A DNA stretch of 64,000 nt from positions 96,001 to 160,000 of IMG/VR virus record IMGVR_UViG_3300030004_000009. One strand, given 5' to 3'. Shown in pieces: positions 42,215 to 52,963 of the stretch; position 1 is the stretch's first letter; every line of letters starts with the position of its first letter. Below the pieces are notes generated by a model. The model had not been told where the DNA came from. It ran no database searches and saw only the letters and a list, made by a program, of their open reading frames with translations. The position numbers and the translations under genes are program-made. The stretch comes from a virus.

Positions 42215-43049
42215 GTTTTTTATTTGTTTTTAAATTTAATTCTGTGTATTGTATTTCAGGTATGTTCCACTTAAGAAATGTTGCTTTAATTGTTGTATAA
42301 ATAATATGTCCACCTTCTAAAGCCCACCATACTTCATTTTTGTTATTAAAAGTAGCATGTTTCCAATACTCACCTCCTAATTCTTTCATTTTAGCTAGAA
42401 TCTGAAGACTTATATCATAATTAGGTGAGTAAACTTTGAAGTTATTAGGGAAACTAGACTGCCAATCAACCATTACAAACTCATTACATGGGTCAATAGT
42501 TCCTCTATAAGTATTAAAACCTGGCTCACCATAAGTTATCTTTTTAGCTTGATCAGTTAAATGTTCGACTATGCCAACTCCTCTAGGTATGATTTGTTTA
42601 CCTAAAATATCATTAACTGTAATAAGTTTATTACTGTGATAACTGAAGTAACTTGGAGTATTAGACCAACCAACGAGTCTGTCACTGTTTATAAATAAAT
42701 AAGGTGCTTCAGGATTAACTGTCTCTACTTTAACTGTATTCCAACCATAGCCTAACTCAAATAGTTTCTTCTGTACCAAAACACTTTCTTCTGGTGTAAC
42801 TTGTAGTTTGGTATTTCTAAAGTCTAATTCTTCAGTTACATTTAAACCATAGAAGCTATTGTAAAAATTTACAAAACCTTTAAGCGCTACATATGTTGAA
42901 TGACTTGTTACATCAACAATATAAAAAACGCTTGAATGTACACTATCAACACTATACGTTATGTGTTTTGAGAGTTTTAAATCTGCCCAAGCATTGAGTA
43001 CTTCTCCAGGAATTTCTTGACCTACTTCAACTTTTGTTATTGGTTTCAT
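42078..43049 (-). CDS. Hypothetical protein with overlapping C-terminal tail
   Basis: 323-aa ORF downstream of the phage 24-bp motif. Confidence 0.6.
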   Translation of the reverse strand: MKPITKVEVGQEIPGEVLNAWADLKLSKHITYSVDSVHSSVFYIVDVTSHSTYVALKGFVNFYNSFYGLNVTEELDFRNTKLQVTPEESVLVQKKLFELGYGWNTVKVETVNPEAPYLFINSDRLVGWSNTPSYFSYHSNKLITVNDILGKQIIPRGVGIVEHLTDQAKKITYGEPGFNTYRGTIDPCNEFVMVDWQSSFPNNFKVYSPNYDISLQILAKMKELGGEYWKHATFNNKNEVWWALEGGHIIYTTIKATFLKWNIPEIQYTELNLKTNKKHEHIIVQRKTPTITGGQRIPGTPISGGGCRATVTSRHLSFRAISC

Positions 43050-43110
43050 CTTCTTTTATTTTTAACCTTACTTATTAAAAGGTAAAACTACTAAATTAAG
43101 AGTAATCTAA

Positions 43111-43134
43111 CAGTCTCACCTTTTAAGTAGTAAG
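43111..43134 (-). promoter_or_regulatory. Recurrent phage motif CTTACTnnTTAAAAGGTRAGACTG (candidate phage promoter)
   Basis: Near-identical copy at 62941-62964 (+) upstream of TerL, and at 30976-30998 (-). Confidence 0.55.
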
Positions 43135-43145
43135 CATTGAGTTAA

Positions 43146-43670
43146 TTAACAGTTTCCATAACCACCTATTTGACCCGGCCCAACAGCTTTAGAGGCTTCC
43201 TTTTCAAACTTCTCCCAGGCTTCAAGATCAATGAAATCCGATACAATTTGAATTTTACTATCCCAGTGAATAAATGATGTACGATCCTTAACACAAACGT
43301 AAACTGGTACTTGACTTCCACCGGCTTTAGCTTCTTGTTTCTCTACAAATGGTAGAAGTGCGATCATATATCCAGCATGTCTAAAATGTACACCTCCACA
43401 TGTAGGACACTTTAAAAGTTGAAGTTCATGTGGATCAGCTGTTTTTATCATTTCACTTTGATTGTAAGCCCCTAAATCCTGTGTGATTTGAAGCTGTTGC
43501 ATTGGTATAGTTGTAAATTGTTCAATTGCTGCACCATAATCAAGAGCTAACTGCTCACGATGTTCTTCAGGGAAAGTGTTAATAAATGTCTCAAGTGATT
43601 GAGGTAAGTTTGGTGATGTGGCTAATAGTATAACTATTGCTTGATCAACTTCTGGTGTATCTGTTTTCAT
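43146..43670 (-). CDS. Hypothetical protein with Zn-ribbon-like motif
   Basis: CPTCGG.HF; start MKTDT follows the ACCCAAATAATA leader. Confidence 0.55.
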   Translation of the reverse strand: MKTDTPEVDQAIVILLATSPNLPQSLETFINTFPEEHREQLALDYGAAIEQFTTIPMQQLQITQDLGAYNQSEMIKTADPHELQLLKCPTCGGVHFRHAGYMIALLPFVEKQEAKAGGSQVPVYVCVKDRTSFIHWDSKIQIVSDFIDLEAWEKFEKEASKAVGPGQIGGYGNC

Positions 43671-44699
43671 TATTATTTGGGTTTTAAATTTTAAAGATAA
43701 AGAACTCGTGTGATTGTTTCCAACCAAATCCATCTGCCTTGACCCAGTTAGATTCCTGTTATTTCACTGGCACGAGTATATTGTTAATTAAGACCACTTA
43801 TTAGACGTTCTTCAAGGTTTTCGTCTATAATGATTACATTTTTATATGCATCGATAGTCTCCAATTGTTTAATAAAAGAATTCCAATTATCAATACGCAT
43901 TACTGTTACACCTGTATTTAACTTTTGTGAAGCATACCTTGCAATATCGTAATCAATTTTATTACCTGTAGTAATAAGAAGTAGGTTTTGTTTACTTCTT
44001 TCAACTAGTTCAATACCTTCGAGGTATTTAGTGTATAGTATACATCTATCGCCATCTTTATTAAAATATTGAATTGCTGCTGAGGTTTCAGTTAACTCAG
44101 TAAGAACACCTCTTATTATTTCTCCAACAAAGGATGCTTTGACTATATCTCCTACTTTAAGAGCTTCGTCGTTTTGGTTTTCTGTCATGATTTATAATTG
44201 TTTTGTTTGGTTACTTGATTTGAAACTCCTTGAAGACCGAGACTATAAGAGAGTCTATCTAAGAGTTAATTAACTATTGATTATCATTGATTTTTTATTT
44301 AATAAAGAACGATTTACAGTCTCAATATCATTAAGGAGTGAGGCATCACCCTCACTCCAAACCAAATAACAGTTAGAATCTAGGGTTCTAACTACCGATC
44401 ATGAGAAACAGTGAATACGTTACAGATGCGACCTGTGTAACTCCTGATAGTACGTATTAGTGCTATTAGTCAGCTCCTTGATGACTTTTATTGTGATTTA
44501 CCGGTCTGAATTTCTTTTTTTCTTTTTGTTTCTTATTTGCATATTCTGTTTTTAATTCGTCTGTTGTCATGTCACGATGAGTTGTACCTTGTACTTTTGT
44601 TTCATCTTTCTTATTACTTGCCATTGTGTATTTTGTATTAAACTGTAATTGGAAGAATATGCATAGACAAACTCCCTGGCTTTTTGTTTTATTACAGTT

Positions 44700-46115
44700 A
44701 GACAAGAGATAAGGATCTGAGCCTATACACCTAAAGTGTCTCTTGTGGAAAGTTACGCATTGTTACGTACCCTTCTTCTACTCATTCCAATAGCCACCAC
44801 TATGATAGCTATAATAGGCAAGAGTTGTGCTGTTAGTCCAATCCATAACATTGTAGTGTTTTTGAGATTAATAGATTTATCATTATCTCAGACTTTAGCG
44901 TGAGATGTTAGTTTAATTGCTGTCCTTTAAAGACATTTAAATACCTAAGTATACAATCTATCACCTTATTAATGATAAATGAGCTACTATAGTTTCTTCA
45001 GGATTTGGTATAAACATATTACTTGCTCAAGGTAATATAAAAGTCCCCATTGTTAGCTCCTGATTGCTTCATTTGTCTTTTGAGTACAAGGCCCAGTTCT
45101 ACATTTTTACAAATGATTATAAAGGTGAGAGTTTGCAACCTCTTTTCCTACTGTAGAATGGCACACACTTAATGTAAATGAGAGAAGCTAGGTCTCAGCG
45201 GCCTAGCTATTACAACGATAAACTCTCATTTTTTAATATTATGAAGCACTCTGTTATAGCTTATTACTAAGACTAATACACTATGAATCATAATTTTTTA
45301 ACAGGAATAGTTTACTCACCTGTTGATGCTTGGACACTCTCAAGCTTTGTCTTAGTGGGTTCTTTCAATGTATTACTACATCGTGAAATCTTATAAAGAT
45401 CTATCACACACCTCATACTTGGATACAAGGTTGTTCATTTATAGCACTCCAAGATACTACTTATTGAACTAACTACACTGAGACCCTAGATTCTATCTCA
45501 CATTCGGATTATTAGGTATTGTAGTTATATTTTAAAAACAGAGCTCATGACGAAAACCCGGCGTAGTAAACTACAGTCATGGTAACATATCTCTATATAA
45601 TTCGAAGCGGTTTTGCACTCTGTTTAAATTTTCAAACTCAAAGCTCTTATTTAAGTACTATACAGCTAGACGTATACATAGCTTTTATTTGTATAGGTTC
45701 TGTTCTCTGAACAACCGCCATTACTTAAATAGCTTTCTTTGAGTTATATTTTAATATAATTACTCGTTCTAAATAACTGTTGAATAAATCCTTCCTGATC
45801 TACTGCTTACTTCAATTATTGACGAGTAATTATATTTTTTAATCTTTGATACCTTTTAAGTAGTAAATGTAACGTGGAGGTGTTAGTAATTTCTTATATG
45901 TATAAATTTTTTAAAGCTCCAACTACGTACGTAGCCTTGCTAGTACGAATAACGCTGTCCTAATAAAAGTTAGGAGCCTATGGGATTCTGCTACTGTTTA
46001 CCCCACCATTTTACTGGAAACCCCGGTTATCCTTTTGGCCCGGAAGGTCAGCTTTAGGTTATCAACCCTACATTTAGACTAAGCAAGCCTAGTCGGAGAT
46101 AAGCCCGACTCGTAT
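44700..46115 (-). ncRNA. 1.4-kb ORF-free tandem array of closed hairpin/multistem domains
   Basis: Terminal stems at 44702-44746, 45177-45230, 45470-45527, 45536-45625, 45635-45745 and 45753-45836 (15 bp perfect), plus a GC-rich multistem at 45913-46112. Confidence 0.5.
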
Positions 46116-46420
46116 CTTATATGCACTCAAATAAGTTGTCTAGCCATTTATGATCTTTGATATCTAGTGCATGTTGTTTTAATACCTGTTCTTTCTCTTC
46201 TTCACTTGACCATGTAAGTAATTGTGATGCAGGATTTGGTGTTCCAGCATAGATGTCTAAAGCTATCATAAATGGTAACTCTTTTGATCTGCATAATTCT
46301 TTGATGGTTTCATTATGATGATACGCTTTGTATAGAATTACAATACCTCGTTTACCTTCTGTCTTGATCTCTAATGCATCTGCTATTTCTGTGTTCATGA
46401 CTATTTGGTTTAAATGTAAG

Positions 46421-46494
46421 TATAGTGTATGGGACTTGAACCCATGATCTTCACATTGAAAATGTGACGTCTTAACCAGCTTGACCAACACTAC
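46421..46494 (-). tRNA. tRNA-Glu(TTC)
   Basis: GTAGTGT/ACACTAT acceptor; TCACA-TTTTCAA-TGTGA; ATGGG-TTCAAGT-CCCAT. Confidence 0.88.
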
Positions 46495-46543
46495 ATGACT
46501 TGCCCTCCTTATTAAAAGGTGAAACTAGTATAAAGATTTAAAG

Positions 46544-46631
46544 TAAACCATATGCAATTCGAATGCAAACCTCCTTTCGACGTCGTTACAGGTGTTCTCT
46601 GACTGAGTAGCCAGCTTAAACTAATGGTTTA
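46544..46631 (-). ncRNA. tRNA-like element with remodelled D and anticodon arms
   Basis: TAAACCAT/ATGGTTTA acceptor, TGCA-TTCGAAT-TGCA T arm, extra CTGGCT/AGTCAG hairpin in the D loop. Confidence 0.55.
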
Positions 46632-47102
46632 ATTGTACAGTAGTACAATGTGGTTTTGGCCCAACATTTAGTTGTAGGCACTTTGTTTTTCATGTTACTT
46701 GATTTTATTGCCACTCTCTTCCTTTTATTAATGCAATACCTAACGGTTTTGAATCTACTACAAATTGCCATGTGTAATCTGTAACCATCCATAACTTATC
46801 ACACGTTAAATCATAAGAACAAAATGTAAGTCCATTTGAAGTAGCTTTATAATTATAAAGCTTCCATCTTATTTGATCTTTATCTCTAACTAATTGTGTT
46901 AATTTATAGATTATTTGGTTATAAACCACGTTATCAATTTGTATTGTGTTGCGTTTAATTTCAGTACTATATGTTGGTTCTGCTCTACTCATCTTCTTTT
47001 GAGGAAGTTGTAAGCCCTCGAACTGTTCATTAATTGGCCATAAAACAAATAGAAAAACGCTTTGATTAATTAGTGGTTTTTTCATGTTATTTAGTTTTAC
47101 AT

Positions 47103-47161
47103 TTAGCTGATGGCTCTTAGCTGATGGCTCTTAGCTGATGGCTCTTAGCTGATGGCTCTTA
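47103..47161. repeat. Four perfect tandem copies of TTAGCTGATGGCTC (14 bp)
   Basis: Read directly; a single further copy at 40110-40123. Confidence 0.95.
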
Positions 47162-47166
47162 AAGTA

Positions 47167-47192
47167 AGGAGTTAGTATTGCTACTAACTCCT
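47167..47192 (-). terminator. GCAA-tetraloop hairpin (terminator or processing site); relatives at 49135-49160, 51226-51251, 51784-51815
   Basis: 11-14-bp stems all capped by TA-GCAA-TA on minus. Confidence 0.6.
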
Positions 47193-47573
47193 AATTGAAT
47201 GAAAAGATAATAAAAGAAATAAACTATAATAGTGATTGTAATGTTTGAAAGTTTAATTAAATATTTTGTTTGACGTGTTTTACGTTCTAAAATCATTTAT
47301 TAATCTTCCTGTAACGCTACAATTCGTTATAGGCTAATAAAGAGGAGTAAACTCTCTACCGTAACTTGACCTTTACTCTTCATTAGTTAATTATAAATGC
47401 TACCTTTATTACTCTGTTGAGTATAATTAAGCCGTGTCGCTATATGCTATCCTGTGACTCATTTATAATTAAATATTTAGTGATCGTAACATTTGTATTA
47501 AGGTTACAATTCGTTATAGAATCAGTAACTAAGATAGTTCCCACTATTCTTTCTAACTTAGTTAACAAACGGT

Positions 47574-47649
47574 TGGTTACACATTATGGATTTGAACCAC
47601 AATCAAGAGAACCAAAATCTCCTATCCTAGCCAGTTGGACGAATGTGCA
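47574..47649 (-). tRNA. tRNA-Gln(TTG)
   Basis: TGCACAT/ATGTGTA-A-CCA; GGAGA-TTTTGGT-TCTCT; GGTTCAAATCC. Confidence 0.9.
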
Positions 47650-50339
47650 ATTTAACTTTAAGAATAATATAATTACTGCTTATGAGGATTAAGGTAATAC
47701 TCATAAGCTACCACCAGCCATCCATCTCAAGTACCCACATGTGACCATCCTTAAGGTTTTACATATAGTAATCTTGGTTCCTCACTATACTATTCTTTTA
47801 ACTTAGAATTGCTATTATGATTCCTATTACTAAAAAAAGTAAAAAGATTAATAGACATTCTTTGAATGTTTGTGGATCAGGGTAAGTCGTCATCTTCTAT
47901 AAGTTTTTTAATTAAATATCGAATAGTTAAACCTGTTCCTACTATAAGTACAGCTAATGTACCTAGAATGTAATAAAATATTTCCATTGACTTTGTTTTT
48001 AATGGTTATCGTAGCCATTATAATAAATCCATGCTTTTAGACATAGAATACAAGTATAAACAAGTGCTACGATTAATAAAAGATAGATCATACTTTGTTT
48101 TGATAATTTGTGATTGTAAATGGTTTAATGACCGATTTAATTGAAGGGAGTTGCTGTTCGTTTTGAAGTAGAGTGATGAAAGCAGCTTGTGTCTTTAAAT
48201 CTTTGAATTCTTGTTCTTTAAGGTCTCCTTGATAAACTCTTAAAGTTTCTCTTGGAAGTATGATTAAAGTATAAATATTCATAATATTTGGTGACCATTT
48301 CCCTGTCATCACTCTACCTAAAACTGTTGTAATTTGCATTTTAAAAATGTTGCTCACTGTTACCAGGATAATTATAGTTATCAGAAGGTAAAGCATCACT
48401 ACCGTCAAATGTTCCAATAGGTTCAACTACTGGAACTTCATCATCAATCCAATTTTTTAGGTATTGTAATTTACTGATTGTTAAAGGCTGAATGATAAAG
48501 TTATCAGGTAATATTGATGGAATTAAAGGTTGACCAATCTCGTCTTCATCGAGATTGTAAGTTACGAACTCTGGTGTTTGTAAAGCTTCAGGTAAACCTA
48601 ACCATTCAGGTAAGTCACCACCATGAAACCAGAAGGCTTCAAGAATAGTTATTACACTGTGTTTGACAAGTGGTTCGTTAATTTCCTCTTTGATTTCTTC
48701 GACGCCCTCAATACTTGTGTGTAATGCATCAAGTCCTTGATTGACATACGTGTCAATTAAAGCTTGAAATTTTGGTGTGTAAAGTCTGATTATTCTCATG
48801 ATTTTGGTTTTAAGTTTGTTGTTTTATAACCACTTTGGTGGATTTCCTGGTAATTTACTTGCTAAATATTTGAATAGTAAACGAACTAAATATCCTAATA
48901 CAAATATCCAAGAAGATAAAGCTATTATTAAAGTTAATAGTATATCATCCCAAGTCCACTCTGTACTTATAGATTTTATAAAAATCCGCTTAACTAATTT
49001 GTAGGCTATAACATAACCTATAAAGTATATTGCTGTTAATATCATAACTTAACTGTTTAATAATAAGATGAATAAGATGAATAACAATAAAGCTATCCAT
49101 TCAATTTTGTTTAGTTTCATAATGTTTAAATTAAGGAGTTTAGTATTGCTACTAAACTCCAGCTGTTGATTTGATTTCGCACTTCAAATGTTCTTACTGC
49201 TCTTTAGGTAATTTAAGAGTTTTCCTATAATCCTCTATAATTATTGTATAAATAGATGGTGGATAATAAAAACCTTCACTATTAATGTGGAGCTCGTCGC
49301 CTTGTTTAAATACAGTATCTATGTCTAAGGGGATATAGACAGGAGTAACATCTCCAGCTTTTGCATTTATTGGTGAGTTTAACCATTTTCCTCTATAGAC
49401 TTTATAAGTTATAGAGTCAGAGGTTGAAGCCACATATGTTCCTGAATAACAGGATTGAAAGCTTAATGCGATTAAGCTGATGAATAAAATAATTGTTGTT
49501 TTCATGATTATTTGGTTTTTATGTTGATTATTTGATTTCTTTAGAATAAACATACGCTTGCTACTTACTTTTACATGAACGTGTACACATTATGTTAATA
49601 ACCTAAATAGTGTTGATACTGCTTTATAAATGGAAACCCATTTTGTAGAACTATACCTGCAATTAAGCAAGGCTACAAGAATATTTTTCGTATGTTTAGT
49701 TTTTAAAGCTCAACCTTTGCTATAAAAGGTTGAGCCGAGTGTTGTATTACCATCTTTAATATTTCACCACCGTTAAAGACCTTGTCCAAACAGAATGGTA
49801 TTGATGATTTGTAAGCTGGCATGATTAGTCTTTTAGCTCCTCAAATCCTATTCCTTTTACAAGATAGAATTTGTCATCGTCTTGGATAACATCTCCTACT
49901 GATGTACTACGTACTCCTGGATTCCATTCTTCATCCAGATTCTGTGATTTCTTAAATGCTTCATCTAATGATGTTGCATTAACAAAACCTACATACTTAC
50001 GTGGTTGACTTTTGGTTTCAGTAAACTTTAAAGGACCAGTTGCATGATGAATGTGAAATTGTCCTTCTTCCTCCTGAACAGGTGGAAATAACTCTTGCCA
50101 TTCTTCATCTATAATACCTGTAAGGTAGAACTCTCTTAAATCTTGTGGCAAATTACTGAAAGCGTCTTGAAGATGAGCACCTTTTTCATAGGCTGCGATT
50201 TGTTCTTGTGTAATAGGAAGATCTATTGTCCTCTCTATTCCACTGTACTGTGAAACTCGTGTTATATTCATGATGATTATTTGGTTACTTTTTAATAACA
50301 GGAATAGCTTCTTCACCTGTATATAGATATACCTTCTAC

Positions 50340-51224
50340 GCGTGCGACTTAATGAGATATCCTTTGTGTAGTTTCAACACTTCTCCCTGCTAGGGTTGTT
50401 TAGATTTAAGGGAATAGTTTTCTCACCCTTTATATTACCACTCATCAGGATTCATAGCCTGTGGTAACTTTGCATACTCTTTCAATGCTCTAACTTGTTT
50501 TGTGTGGATAGTTATTTAAGGTTTTCTCTATCCCAGCAACCAGGCTTCTACTATTTTTGATTTCAGTGGTTCAGCTTATTCCCACTTCTTCTTGTTTCTC
50601 GTTATTTGCTTTCATTGGTACAAGTCAATTAAGCTCAACAATTTGTCCTTCATTGTGTTAGTCTTCCCTCTTGGACTACAGAGTGTAATTAAACGCACCG
50701 TCTCCGATTTACACGGATCATAACAACTATCTTATAAATTGCTGTTATAATGGCTCAAGGTCGCTTAGTTGTCTTTTAAACAACATAACTGATGCGTATT
50801 TTTGGCCTTTGCACTACACTTCTTAGCCTGTGTTAGGGTGAGATTGATTACTCACTTGGTCGCTGGCCCAGCTGTTTACTGGCTTTTTAACTGATTGGTT
50901 AAATAATACATGCATTAGCTAACTTGAAAAGAGTTAGCGGTGATTAATAAATGTCTCACAACATTAATGGCTGTTCATAAACTAGCTTAATTAGAGCAAA
51001 TGAGTCGAGATTCGAACTCAATGAAACGTGATAGTTAAATAAAAAACGATGTATGAACTATGGAAACAAAAACTCTTAACTATCTATTCCTTTCCTACCT
51101 CATTTAATTAAACACTAAACTATGTATAATTCCTGCCAACGGAAGCTATTATCACCAACAATTGCCGGCAAAGTCCGCACGCCGTATTAATGGACTTACA
51201 AATTATACTATAGTTTAGTGTTTA
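50340..51224 (-). ncRNA. ~0.9-kb ORF-free cluster of structured elements
   Basis: Includes a tRNA-like element at 50998-51105 and a three-way junction at 51109-51224 with a 15-bp perfect basal stem. Confidence 0.5.
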
Positions 51225-52514
51225 AAGAGTTAGATATTGCTATCTAACTCTGTGTTTGTTATTCAATGATTTCACCTAACAACCACTCGCGAATGTCAAG
51301 AAGTAAGAACTTCTGAGCAATGTAAGTGTCTGGATTAAAGTTACCAATTCGGTGATTTGGATTTGTCTCAATCCTTTCTGCATTTGCTTTCTCTTTACCC
51401 GATTCTTCATCACGTTCTTCTTCACAATGTTTCATTCTTGCTTCAAGCCATTTGCGCATTAACATGACTTCAACACGGTTGAGTTCAATGTGAAACATAG
51501 CTTCGTCTTTAATGTCGTAATACGCCTTTTCAAGTGCATAATGACTTAATTTACGAAAGAGAGTGTTTGCTTCATCACTTGTTAGTTTATGATGAAAGAC
51601 GCCAAGTAAGATTTGCCTTACTGAAAACAATGACAATGTGAAGAGTGCTGAAATGTTGAAATTTACGTATCTAGGTTCGTTAACGGTTTGTACGTTTGAG
51701 GTTTTAAAGCCTGTTAATGGGATGTTTGATGTGTTCATGATCTTTGATTATTTGGTTTTTATGATTATTTGGTTTCTTTTTAATTGAGAGTTTAATATTG
51801 CTATTAAACTCTCAAGTGTTAATGTTTGTTTTCTGTGATCATAAAGTCATAAGAGTTTCTTGTATTACCTACACTAAATTCCATATAACCATACTCACAA
51901 TTCTTGTCTCTGTATTCCTGATTCCCTACTAAATGGTCTTTAGACCATTCTTTAAAATCTTCTTCGTTGACAATCTTAGTATCTTCTGTGTATACTAAAA
52001 GAATTTCTTTCTTGTGTGTTTCAGAAGAACTTGTATGAGGTCTCATTAATATTAATTTACCTTCTAATACAACTTTGTTGCTTTTGTTCATAATGTAAAA
52101 GTACATGATCTTTGATGTTTTTAATATGATGTTATTTGGTTATTTGGTTATTTACTCTTTTGGATATTAACACTCCCTTACTCCTATTTTATTTAAACAA
52201 TTGTTTAAAACAACTTTTAATAGTCTGAAAGGTGATTTGTGGTTTTATTTTCATTCATCGTAATATTACGATTGATCGAAAAATGATCATTTTTGAACGA
52301 AATTGAGCACTTAAATTTACACCACCAAGTTAAAAATAGACTTAGTTCCGTTTTTAGACTAATGGAGTGGATGTGTACTACAAGCTTGTATTTGATCTAC
52401 GAGATTCTCGTAATTGAAAATAACCGCTATGTCGATCGACTATTCCATTCATTTCAATTACAAAATTAACACTCTCAAGTCCATACTAGACATGAGAGTA
52501 AGAAAAGAGAAAGC

Positions 52515-52949
52515 TTACACTTTCTCTTTTCTTTTAGCTGGTTGTTTAACTTCATTTGGATCTATTTCAACATATACCCATTTGTCCTCACCCTCTTTTG
52601 CATCATGTTTCCATGTTGCTTTATGAGTTCTTTTCCATTCTTCATACTGTTCAAATGTCATATCTACAGCTCGATTAGTTGTAGGTTCACTGTGTATCAT
52701 TGTAGTATAGCCGTTATAGTTCTTTATAACAATTATAAATAATGGGACATCAAGTTCGATAACAGAGTAAAGTTTATCTGAATGTTTATAGAAAGGTTCA
52801 GTTCTAACATTTGCAGCTGATGCTTTATTTAAAGCACCTTGAATTACATGATTTGCACCAACTGTAACATTTAATGATAATACCTGAGGCATATCTATTA
52901 CATTAAAAGAGAAAGCATGTACTGGATCAATAACTAGTAATATCTTCAT
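52515..52949 (-). CDS. Hypothetical early protein; start 20 nt downstream of the hammerhead cleavage site
   Basis: ATG at 52949 after AACCAAATAATCAACATC; the track start lies inside the ribozyme. Confidence 0.6.
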   Translation of the reverse strand: MKILLVIDPVHAFSFNVIDMPQVLSLNVTVGANHVIQGALNKASAANVRTEPFYKHSDKLYSVIELDVPLFIIVIKNYNGYTTMIHSEPTTNRAVDMTFEQYEEWKRTHKATWKHDAKEGEDKWVYVEIDPNEVKQPAKRKEKV

Positions 52950-52963
52950 GATGTTGATTATTT

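Noticed and set aside
46399-46491. N-terminal extension of ORF 46117..46491
   Set aside because: Lies inside tRNA-Glu; the likely start is MNTEIA after the AACCAAATA leader
47103-47161. CRISPR array
   Set aside because: Head-to-tail 14-bp units with no spacers
27040-47580. tRNA-associated theta (HDV-like) ribozymes
   Set aside because: No nested double pseudoknot was recognisable immediately 3' of the tRNAs or tmRNA by eye; not excluded computationally
47417-47692. Plus-strand 91-aa ORF
   Set aside because: Antisense shadow of tRNA-Gln
50435-50468. Second hammerhead (CTGATGA on minus; also 35072 on plus)
   Set aside because: No stem II-GAAA-stem III arrangement
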